This document shows, one piece after another, positions 37,072 through 44,839 of a stretch of DNA of 64,000 bases. Position 1 is the first letter of the stretch; every line of letters begins with the position of its first letter. The position numbers were made by a program, and so were the translations under genes. This DNA comes from Pseudomonadales bacterium (GTDB lineage: Bacteria; Pseudomonadota; Gammaproteobacteria; Pseudomonadales; JAUIET01), in the NCBI GenBank assembly GCA_045106985.1, contig JBGCFQ010000011.1, forward strand, positions 131,890 through 195,889. Direction: 5' to 3'. The notes under the pieces are model-generated. The model did no database searches. It saw only the letters and a list, made by a program, of their open reading frames with translations, and was not told where the DNA came from.

Positions 37072-38846
37072 GTTCTTGTTTTTGCCTCTCTGTTTAACCT
37101 GAATAAAGTGCCTGGACGTGCGCCAGTATCAGTATCATCTATAAAAGTGGCTTGCCCGCCGACCATCGTCATCTTGTAACCGCTCGCTCGCTGCATTAAT
37201 CGAGGAGCACCAGAAGGTAAGTCGTTAATAACCCGAGGCGCCTTCATACATAGCTTGGGCAAATCTATAACGTTCAGATCAGCACGCTTACCCTTTTCGA
37301 TCGTACCGCGATCACTTAAGCCATAGAGAGTAGACGGGTCCTGGGTCATCATTTTCACGACCAGCTCAAGGGGCAGCTTCATACCGCGATCGCGATCGCG
37401 TACCCAGTGCTGGAGCATAAAGCTGGGGTAGCTGGCATCACAAATAACATTAACATGCGCTCCTCCATCTGATGATCCTATAACTGTACTGCTGTTCTGC
37501 AATAACTGTTCAGTGGCTCGAAAGTCTCCACCTTTATAGCCAGACATGAACACTTTCAGAAAACCAGGGTTACCATTTTCCGGGTCTGAGTCCAACGTTG
37601 CTTCACAGAGGCTGTCGTAAATGGCGGTATCAGCATTCTCGCCGGTACGTTCCATCCGATGTGCGAGAGAAGCACTTGGCTCTGGTTCAAACACCGGCAC
37701 ATTGCCCCAGGCAAAAGTGCAGTCCAGGCTAGACATTAATATCATACGAGCGTTCAACAACATGGGAGCGGTCGTTGGCTCAGCAATAATTTTGGCCCTG
37801 CGTGCTGGCGTACACAACTCCTTTATTCGCTCAATAAGGGGCAAGTGCGCCACTTCGATATAACTTGGTCGATCAGCAAATGGATTGAAAGTGTCCCAGC
37901 TCATTAACAAACCCCCGCCACCGGGGGAAATAGAGGGACAGAGCCGTGCGCCTTGAGCATTCGCCTTTTCGGTTTCCTCTAAAACAAGATGGTACATTTC
38001 GGGGTTAACGTGATTCTGGCCCGTTAGAAACGCAATTGCGCAACCTGTTTCCAAACTGAGTTGACGATACAATTCCAATTCTCGTAGCGGCGCATCTGGG
38101 TCCTCACCCATTAAGCCGGCTGGCACCACTTGCACCAAACCACTTCCGGCTCGTTTTACCGCGTGAAGTATTTCGACTAATTCTCCGGCTTCTGCAAAAG
38201 TACCTGGTACTGGTTCGCCTGTGACGGATGTGTGCATTGGTATTCTATTGGTAGAGAAAGACAATGCCCCGGCCTCAACCGCTTCGCCCGCCAAATCAGC
38301 CATTGTCGCTATTTGTTTAGCCGTTGCCGGCGCATTTACATCCGCGTCATCACCAAACACATAGGCTCGCAAAGCACCGTGTGGAATCTGCGCTGCGATA
38401 TTAATAGCGCGGTTATCGCGGTCCAATGCATCAAGATATTCGGGAAAAGTTTCCCAGGACCATTTTATGCCGTCGGCTAAAGCTGAACCGGGAATATCCT
38501 CAACACCTTCCATCAAATCAACAAGAAACTGGTGCGAATCAGGCCGAACCGGTGCAAAGCCAACACCGCAGTTGCCCATAATGGCGGTCGTTACTCCGTG
38601 GTAGGCTGAGGGAGCCAACAAATTATCCCACGTGGCCTGGCCGTCGTAATGCGTATGCACATCCACAAAACCAGGAGTGGTCAGCTCACCTTGTGCGTCA
38701 ATTGTCTTGCTGGCGGTTACATTGCTTGGCGCTTGCCCATCGAATATCTCGGCAATCAGACCGTCTTGTATTGCAAGATCTGCCGGCCTTGCTTTAGCTC
38801 CAGTACCATCTACTAAATTGCAATTCTTTATCAGCTTGTCAAACAT
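37068..38846 (-). CDS. amidohydrolase, N-acyl-D-amino-acid deacylase (D-aminoacylase)-family
   Basis: 592 aa. MFDKLIKNCNLVDGTGAKARPADLAIQDGLIAEI...TPGFVDVHTHYDG is the typical D-aminoacylase family N-terminus. Confidence 0.7.
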   Translation of the reverse strand: MFDKLIKNCNLVDGTGAKARPADLAIQDGLIAEIFDGQAPSNVTASKTIDAQGELTTPGFVDVHTHYDGQATWDNLLAPSAYHGVTTAIMGNCGVGFAPVRPDSHQFLVDLMEGVEDIPGSALADGIKWSWETFPEYLDALDRDNRAINIAAQIPHGALRAYVFGDDADVNAPATAKQIATMADLAGEAVEAGALSFSTNRIPMHTSVTGEPVPGTFAEAGELVEILHAVKRAGSGLVQVVPAGLMGEDPDAPLRELELYRQLSLETGCAIAFLTGQNHVNPEMYHLVLEETEKANAQGARLCPSISPGGGGLLMSWDTFNPFADRPSYIEVAHLPLIERIKELCTPARRAKIIAEPTTAPMLLNARMILMSSLDCTFAWGNVPVFEPEPSASLAHRMERTGENADTAIYDSLCEATLDSDPENGNPGFLKVFMSGYKGGDFRATEQLLQNSSTVIGSSDGGAHVNVICDASYPSFMLQHWVRDRDRGMKLPLELVVKMMTQDPSTLYGLSDRGTIEKGKRADLNVIDLPKLCMKAPRVINDLPSGAPRLMQRASGYKMTMVGGQATFIDDTDTGARPGTLFRLNREAKTRT

Positions 38847-38904
38847 TACTCAATCCCTTTGCGAAGTCTGTTGTCATAGTCGAGAGTGTTAGACCATTGT
38901 GCGC

Positions 38905-40107
38905 CTACTCTTGAGGCAACTCTAGCGAGCGTTTCGCTATCAGATTTAGCTGAACCTCAGAGCTACCGCCGGCAATGGTATAGCCTCTGGCATTCATCCA
39001 GTCAGCTGCGCGTTGCGTCTCGTCATAGTATGCGTCTGCATCCCACCTAGTGCCAGAAAGGCCAAGCACGTCCACTAACAATTCCGTTTTTTCCTTTAGG
39101 TTTTCCGTGCCTGCCAGTTTGAAGATAGACGTCATTCGCATATCCAATACCCCAGCCATTCCCTCTTCAAAAGCGCGAGCCTGGGTTAAATCCAGAGCCG
39201 CTTTATTCATCATTTGATCTACCACTCGGGCTCGAAGGTCCGCGTCTTGTAAGCGACCATTATCGTCGACCCCAACATACTCTATTGCGTATTCAAGAAG
39301 CGATTTGGGCGGAGCGGGCATGGTGTCGTCCATAGAGCTCATCATTTTGCGCTCGTGCACAAGCAAAGCCTTGGCGATTGTCCACCCCTGGCCCTCCTCG
39401 CCCACTAGATTGGCTTTGGGCACAACAACATTCTCTAGAAACGAATCGCAGAAATGCGATTCGCCCGTTAGCAAAGGTACTGGTCGAACCGCCACTCCTG
39501 GAGTGTCCATAGGAAACAACACAAAACTTATACCCTGCTGCTTAGCACCTGTGTCGTCTGTACGCACCAAGCAAAACATCCAGTCGGCTTTATCACCGTC
39601 ACTGGTCCAACATTTTTGCCCGTTTACTAGGTAGTGATCTCCTTGGTCCTCGGCCTTGCATCGCAGACTCGCAAGATCGGATCCTGACCCCGGTTCACTG
39701 TACCCCTGGCACCAGCGAATAGATCCATTCACGATATTGGGGATATGCTGCTGTTTCTGCTCCTCGCTGCCAAATTCCAGTAAAGCGGGCCCCAGCATCC
39801 AAATACCATGACCTATCAAGGGGTCGCGGCAATTCAAGCGTTGCATTTCTTTCTTCAAGATTTTGGCTTGTTTTGAATCCAGACCTCCTCCGCCATATTT
39901 GCTGGGCCACTCAGGCACGGTCCACCCGCGTTCAGCCATGCGATCCAGCCATAGCTTTTGATCTTCTGACTTGAAGACAAACTTGCTACCACCCATAACA
40001 TTGTCACTTCGATCAGTAGCCGCAGGGGTACGCATGGATGCTGGGCAGTTGGCTTCTAACCAAGTACGCGTTTCTTCACGAAAGGCGTCGTAATCTATTT
40101 CAGACAT
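38905..40107 (-). CDS. acyl-CoA dehydrogenase family protein (one subunit of an adjacent pair)
   Basis: 400 aa. Motifs: CQGYSEPGSGSDLASL and a C-terminal GGSSEVQLNLIAKR. The expected QxHGGxG region reads LGLSGTRW. Confidence 0.8.
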   Translation of the reverse strand: MSEIDYDAFREETRTWLEANCPASMRTPAATDRSDNVMGGSKFVFKSEDQKLWLDRMAERGWTVPEWPSKYGGGGLDSKQAKILKKEMQRLNCRDPLIGHGIWMLGPALLEFGSEEQKQQHIPNIVNGSIRWCQGYSEPGSGSDLASLRCKAEDQGDHYLVNGQKCWTSDGDKADWMFCLVRTDDTGAKQQGISFVLFPMDTPGVAVRPVPLLTGESHFCDSFLENVVVPKANLVGEEGQGWTIAKALLVHERKMMSSMDDTMPAPPKSLLEYAIEYVGVDDNGRLQDADLRARVVDQMMNKAALDLTQARAFEEGMAGVLDMRMTSIFKLAGTENLKEKTELLVDVLGLSGTRWDADAYYDETQRAADWMNARGYTIAGGSSEVQLNLIAKRSLELPQE

Positions 40108-40154
40108 ATTTCTACTTAATCTCTATGCATTCTAACGAAAAGGTTTTTCTTCGG

Positions 40155-41294
40155 TTAGAAATTGTTCAGTAATGCGAAACGGTTTTTATGAAAACCGCTG
40201 TTGCCTAGCAGTTGCAGCGAAACGCGGCAGCGTTTGAAATACAAACCCACATCAAGTTCATCGGTTACACCAATGCCCCCATGCATTTGCACAGCTTCGT
40301 TTGCAATCAATTGAAAGGTATCGTTGGCACGGCATTTAGCGGTGCTGACGCACGCAGCGGACGTATTGCGTTCTTCGTCAATTGCTGACAAAGCGTCTAC
40401 CACGGCGCTACGAGTTAGCTCTAGCTCAACATACATTTTGGCAGCACGGTGCTGCAGCGCCTGAAAGGAACCTATTTTTGCGCCAAACTGTTCTCGCTCC
40501 TTTAGATACGCAACGGTACGATCAAAAAGATGCTGTGCGCCGCCCAGCATTTCTGCGGCCAGGCAGGCACGAGCACGATCCAGTGCCGCATCTAACGCAG
40601 GAAAGGCATCATCTCTATTCCCCAGCAAAGCACTGTTGGAAACAGCTACGTCACTTAGCTCTATATCCGCATAATCTCGGCTATCAACCAGCTTACTTCT
40701 GTTGCGCTGCAGGCCCTCAACTACTGAGTCGAGTACAAAGAGCGACAAACCATGCTGCTCACCAGCCTCGCCAGATGTACGAGCTAACACAATCACTTTG
40801 TCCGCAGACATACCATCAATCACAAATGCTTTGCAGCCGTTGAGAATATACTGGTCGCCCTCTTGCCGAGCAATAAGCGCTGTCGCCAAGGGTGAATGAT
40901 GGGGACCTTCATCTATTGCTGAAGCGATTATTGACTCGCCAGCCGTAATTGAGGGTAGCAAGGCTTCTTTTTGCTCTTCGTTCCCCGCTAACTCAATCAA
41001 AGAGCCGCTTAGCACAACGCTAGAAAGCATTGGTGTTGCCGTCAACAACTGACCGCATTCTTCAAAAACAGATCCTAAGGCGAGATAGCCAAATGCCAGG
41101 CCGCCATATTGCTCCGGCGCGGTAATGGCCGATAAGCCCAGTTCTGCCATGCGAGCCCACGTCTCAGGATCACAGGCCTGCCTTGTGTCGCTGTCACGCA
41201 ATGCACGGAAATGTTGGGTATTGGCATTATCACGAAGAAAATCACGGGTGCTGTCACGCAGCATTCGTTGTTCTTCGTTAAGAACAAGTGGCAT
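40155..41294 (-). CDS. acyl-CoA dehydrogenase family protein (second subunit of the adjacent pair)
   Basis: 379 aa. VQMHGGIGVTDE is retained, but the C-terminal signature is degenerate (LLGNSGFHKN in place of GxSE(I/V)Q). Confidence 0.8.
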   Translation of the reverse strand: MPLVLNEEQRMLRDSTRDFLRDNANTQHFRALRDSDTRQACDPETWARMAELGLSAITAPEQYGGLAFGYLALGSVFEECGQLLTATPMLSSVVLSGSLIELAGNEEQKEALLPSITAGESIIASAIDEGPHHSPLATALIARQEGDQYILNGCKAFVIDGMSADKVIVLARTSGEAGEQHGLSLFVLDSVVEGLQRNRSKLVDSRDYADIELSDVAVSNSALLGNRDDAFPALDAALDRARACLAAEMLGGAQHLFDRTVAYLKEREQFGAKIGSFQALQHRAAKMYVELELTRSAVVDALSAIDEERNTSAACVSTAKCRANDTFQLIANEAVQMHGGIGVTDELDVGLYFKRCRVSLQLLGNSGFHKNRFALLNNF

Positions 41295-41496
41295 TTAGTA
41301 GCTCCTGGAGCAAGTGTCGTTAAAAGAGCCGAATTATACCTTTTGAAACCCGTTTTGGCGTTTGCATTTCCGAATGGTATGCATGATTAAGAAACGGTAT
41401 AGGATCGAGTTACGTTTTCTTAATTGCTCACTGTAAAAGAGGGCGAAATCGACCTGATAACGATAGAATTAGCCGCACATTCTGTGGAGCAAAATA

Positions 41497-42399
41497 ATGA
41501 GAGTATTGATTGTTGGTGGTACTGGGCTAGTTGGTGGTCATGCAGCTATTCATCTTCGGCAACAAGGTCATGATGTAAGCATTATGGCTCGCAGCGCCCC
41601 AACAGCGACAGATCTTCAGAATATCCCATTCATAGCCGGAAATTACATTGAAGATGATGTGACCGATGGCCGGCTGGAGGGCTTCGATGCTTTAGTATTT
41701 GCGGCGGCACAGGATATACGCCAGATGCCTATGGATGGATCAGTGACGCCCGATGAATTCTTCCAACGTGTGAATGACCATGCTGTTCCCCGCTTTTTTG
41801 AGGCTGCCAAGGCATCCGGTATGCGACGAGCAGTGTACATAGGCAGTTTTTATCCCCAAATTGCGCCCGAGCAAATTGATAAAAGTCCCTATGTTCACTC
41901 GCGTCATGTTACCGATGAAGCGGTTCGAGCACTCAGCTGCGATGAGTTTAATGTATGCAGCGTGAACGCGCCCTTCATTCTTGGGCATCTGCCTGGCTTA
42001 GACATTCCTCACATAGCTGGGCTCGTTGCCTACGTTAGCGGTCATCTCCCCGACCTACCCTTATTTGCCCCACAAGGTGGAACCAACCATATTAGTGCCC
42101 GTTCCGTAGCGCAGGCCGTCAAAGGTGCATTAGAGCGCGGTGAATCAGCTAAGGCATACTTGGTAGGTGACGTAAATATGACTTGGAAGGAATACTTAGA
42201 GTCTTGGGCCAGAGCCGCTGGCGCCTCAACTGTGCTTGAGGTAAAAGAAGATGACCATCCTATTTTGCCTAATGTAATTATGTTCGCCGGCGCTGGCGCT
42301 TTAGTGAGCTATGAGCCAGATGCGGCGGAAACAGCATTGCTGGGTTATAGCCGCGATCAAATTGCCGAAGAAATACGTGCCGTTGTAGCGTCGGCATAA
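41497..42399 (+). CDS. NAD(P)-dependent epimerase/dehydratase (extended SDR) family protein
   Basis: 300 aa. MRVLIVGGTGLVGGH Rossmann motif. Confidence 0.75.
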   Translation: MRVLIVGGTGLVGGHAAIHLRQQGHDVSIMARSAPTATDLQNIPFIAGNYIEDDVTDGRLEGFDALVFAAAQDIRQMPMDGSVTPDEFFQRVNDHAVPRFFEAAKASGMRRAVYIGSFYPQIAPEQIDKSPYVHSRHVTDEAVRALSCDEFNVCSVNAPFILGHLPGLDIPHIAGLVAYVSGHLPDLPLFAPQGGTNHISARSVAQAVKGALERGESAKAYLVGDVNMTWKEYLESWARAAGASTVLEVKEDDHPILPNVIMFAGAGALVSYEPDAAETALLGYSRDQIAEEIRAVVASA

Positions 42400-42531
42400 T
42401 AAAGTTATCGCCCTAGCCCTGAGCAGGGACAGGTTACGCAATACCTACTAAGCAATATCCACGCCCTCTGCCGGAGAAACCCTGCAGAGGACGTGATATA
42501 TTTACAGGCCCAACTAGAAACCGTTCGCGCT

Positions 42532-44370
42532 ATGACTCATATGACTCAGTACACCGCTCCCGTAAAAGACATGATGTTCACCCTGACAGATATCCTTGGC
42601 ATGGAGGATTATTGCGGAACTGCAGGCTTGGAAGAATTCACCCCGGAAACCCTTGAGGCCGTGTTTAGTGAAGGTGGCAAGCTTATAGACAACAAGGTAG
42701 CACCCTTCAATCTTGAGGCAGACAATGAAGGAGCCAAGTTCTGCAATGACAGTGGTGACGGTGTTGTGGAATTTCCGCAAAGTCTAGTCGATGCTTGGAA
42801 GGATTACTCAGCCGGTGGTTGGGCAGGCTTGGCTTTTCCAAGCGAATACGGCGGTCAGGGATTTGGCCAGCTAGGTTATGTACCCTTTCACGAAATGATG
42901 ACCTCAGGAAGCATGAGTTTCGTGCAGGCACCGGGCCTAACCTTAGGCGCAATGGAGGCTATAAAAGCGCATGGCACTGAAGAAATGCGTGCCATGTACT
43001 TTCCAAAAATGGCTAGCGGTGAATGGACCGGCACAATGAACTTGACCGAACCTCACGCCGGTTCGGATGTTGGGGCACTCAGAACCAAGGCGGTAGCGAA
43101 CGATGATGGCACCTACAAAATAAGTGGCAACAAAATCTACATCACCTGTGGTGATACCAACTTTTCCGAGAATATCGTACATCTTGTATTAGCTCGCCTA
43201 GAGGGAGCGCCCTCCGGCTCGCGCGGGATATCGTTGTTCCTGGTACCCAAATTCATTCCAAATACTGATGGTTCTCCCAGCGCTGATGGCTCCATCGGCG
43301 AACGTAATGATCTTCGTGTAACGGGTATAGAACATAAGCTAGGCCTTCGAGGATCGGCTGCTTGCGCGATGAGTTATGGCGATAATGGCGGCGCAACCGG
43401 CTGGCTGATTGGAGAGGAAAACAAAGGGCTCGCATGCATGTTCACGATGATGAACACTGCACGTCTGCACGTCGGCTTACATGGTGTTGGCATCGCCGAA
43501 CGCGCCTATCAAATGGCGGTCAGCTACTCACGAGAGCGCGTGCAAGGCGTTCCTGTCGGAAGTAAAACTGGAACAGAAGAAACCATTGTAAATCACGCCG
43601 ACGTTCGCAGAATGTTGTTAGAAGTACGCGCAAAAACTGCCGCTTCCCGCGCCATTTGTTACCTCTTGGCAAAGGCTATGGATATGGCTCATGCCTTACC
43701 TGAGCAAAGCGAAGAGCAACTCTACTGGAAAGGCCTGAGTGATTTGATCACGCCTTTGGCGAAAGCCTACTCTTCGGACATTGGAGTAGAATGCGCTTCA
43801 GAAGTAGTGCAGATTTTTGGTGGCATGGGTTTTATCGAAGAAACCGGTGCGGCACAACTCTACCGCGATGCACGTATTGCGCCTATCTATGAAGGCACCA
43901 ACGGCATTCAAGCCTGGGACTTAGCAAATCGAAAACTTAAGATGAATGGCGGTCAGCATTGGCAGATGTTGCTCAACGATATCGAGCAGTTTTCCGAAGG
44001 TCTGGAAGGAGAACTGCAAGAGACCGGCCAACAGCTTGGTTTAGCCACAGCGGCTTGTCGCAGTACGGCTGAGTACTTTTTAGCGAGCCATTCAGAAGGA
44101 AAGAGTCGAGATGTTGCAGCAGGCAGCGTAATGTTTCAGCGTTTGCTGTCAGAAACAGTCGGCGCCTGGTTGCTTGCAAGAGGGGCGAAAAGCGCTGCCG
44201 CGAGAATTGCCAGCGGTGACAGTGACCGCGACTACTTGAGAACGAAAATCACCATAGCTCGGTTTTTTGCTGGGCAATTCTTGCCGGCAAGCATTGCGTC
44301 TGCTCAATCGGCTTGCGCGGGCGACGAGTTATTGTTTGCAGACGATGAGAGTATGCTCTCATCGTTCTGA
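42532..44370 (+). CDS. long-form acyl-CoA dehydrogenase (N-terminal AcdH_N-type and C-terminal extension; FadE/DmdC-like architecture)
   Basis: Trimmed to the ATG at 42532; 42541 is also possible. Pattern: TQYTAPVKDMMF, MNLTEPHAGSD, IYEGTNGIQAWD, followed by a ~150-aa C-terminal domain. Confidence 0.8.
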   Translation: MTHMTQYTAPVKDMMFTLTDILGMEDYCGTAGLEEFTPETLEAVFSEGGKLIDNKVAPFNLEADNEGAKFCNDSGDGVVEFPQSLVDAWKDYSAGGWAGLAFPSEYGGQGFGQLGYVPFHEMMTSGSMSFVQAPGLTLGAMEAIKAHGTEEMRAMYFPKMASGEWTGTMNLTEPHAGSDVGALRTKAVANDDGTYKISGNKIYITCGDTNFSENIVHLVLARLEGAPSGSRGISLFLVPKFIPNTDGSPSADGSIGERNDLRVTGIEHKLGLRGSAACAMSYGDNGGATGWLIGEENKGLACMFTMMNTARLHVGLHGVGIAERAYQMAVSYSRERVQGVPVGSKTGTEETIVNHADVRRMLLEVRAKTAASRAICYLLAKAMDMAHALPEQSEEQLYWKGLSDLITPLAKAYSSDIGVECASEVVQIFGGMGFIEETGAAQLYRDARIAPIYEGTNGIQAWDLANRKLKMNGGQHWQMLLNDIEQFSEGLEGELQETGQQLGLATAACRSTAEYFLASHSEGKSRDVAAGSVMFQRLLSETVGAWLLARGAKSAAARIASGDSDRDYLRTKITIARFFAGQFLPASIASAQSACAGDELLFADDESMLSSF

Positions 44371-44396
44371 GAATATCTACGCTCATTTGTGGTCTC

Positions 44397-44822
44397 TTAC
44401 AGAGAGACCAAACGCTCTTCTTTCCAGTCAATAATTAGCTCGCGGCGCATGAACAACCACTTGCCATCATGGCGCTCAAGTTTGTCCTGATATCGGATCG
44501 ACCATTCGTCAACTACGCCTTTGCCGTCGCGTCGTTCCTTTAGCAAATGCGCTGCCACGCAGTAACACTCCCCTTCAGCAAGGTCACCATCCACCGCATA
44601 GTGACACTGAGAAATACGATGTTGGGTAAGTTCGAACATATCGGTCAAAATGCCGACGGTTGTTGCAGCTTGATCTGGGCCACCCATAGGAGGCAAGTTT
44701 GGTACGACCATTTCTAACTGTGGGTGCAAACAGCTCGCTAATAGGGTTTGATCTAAACGATCACAGCCACGCGCATAGCGATAGACCGCATCACGAATTT
44801 GCTCCAGATCTGACATGCTCAT
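44397..44822 (-). CDS. SnoaL-like/NTF2-fold protein
   Basis: Trimmed to the ATG at 44822, which has GAGAGGAAG upstream. Pattern: IRDAVYRYARGCDRLD...ITQHRISQCHY... Confidence 0.6.
   Translation of the reverse strand: MSMSDLEQIRDAVYRYARGCDRLDQTLLASCLHPQLEMVVPNLPPMGGPDQAATTVGILTDMFELTQHRISQCHYAVDGDLAEGECYCVAAHLLKERRDGKGVVDEWSIRYQDKLERHDGKWLFMRRELIIDWKEERLVSL
44718..44733. promoter_or_regulatory. possible LexA (SOS) box upstream of polB
   Basis: CTGTGGGTGCAAACAG fits CTGT-N8-ACAG and lies 107 nt upstream of the polB ATG, inside the SnoaL-like CDS. The central 8 nt are GC-rich, unlike the AT-rich consensus. About one such match is expected by chance in 64 kb. Confidence 0.25.
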
Positions 44823-44839
44823 GATATTCTTCCTCTCAT

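Noticed and set aside
42532-44370. Calling the long ACAD DmdC (methylmercaptopropionyl-CoA dehydrogenase) to link it with the DddP-like gene.
   Set aside because: The architecture is shared by generic FadE-type long-chain ACADs. No dmdA, dmdB or dmdD is nearby. The two cannot be distinguished without a phylogeny.
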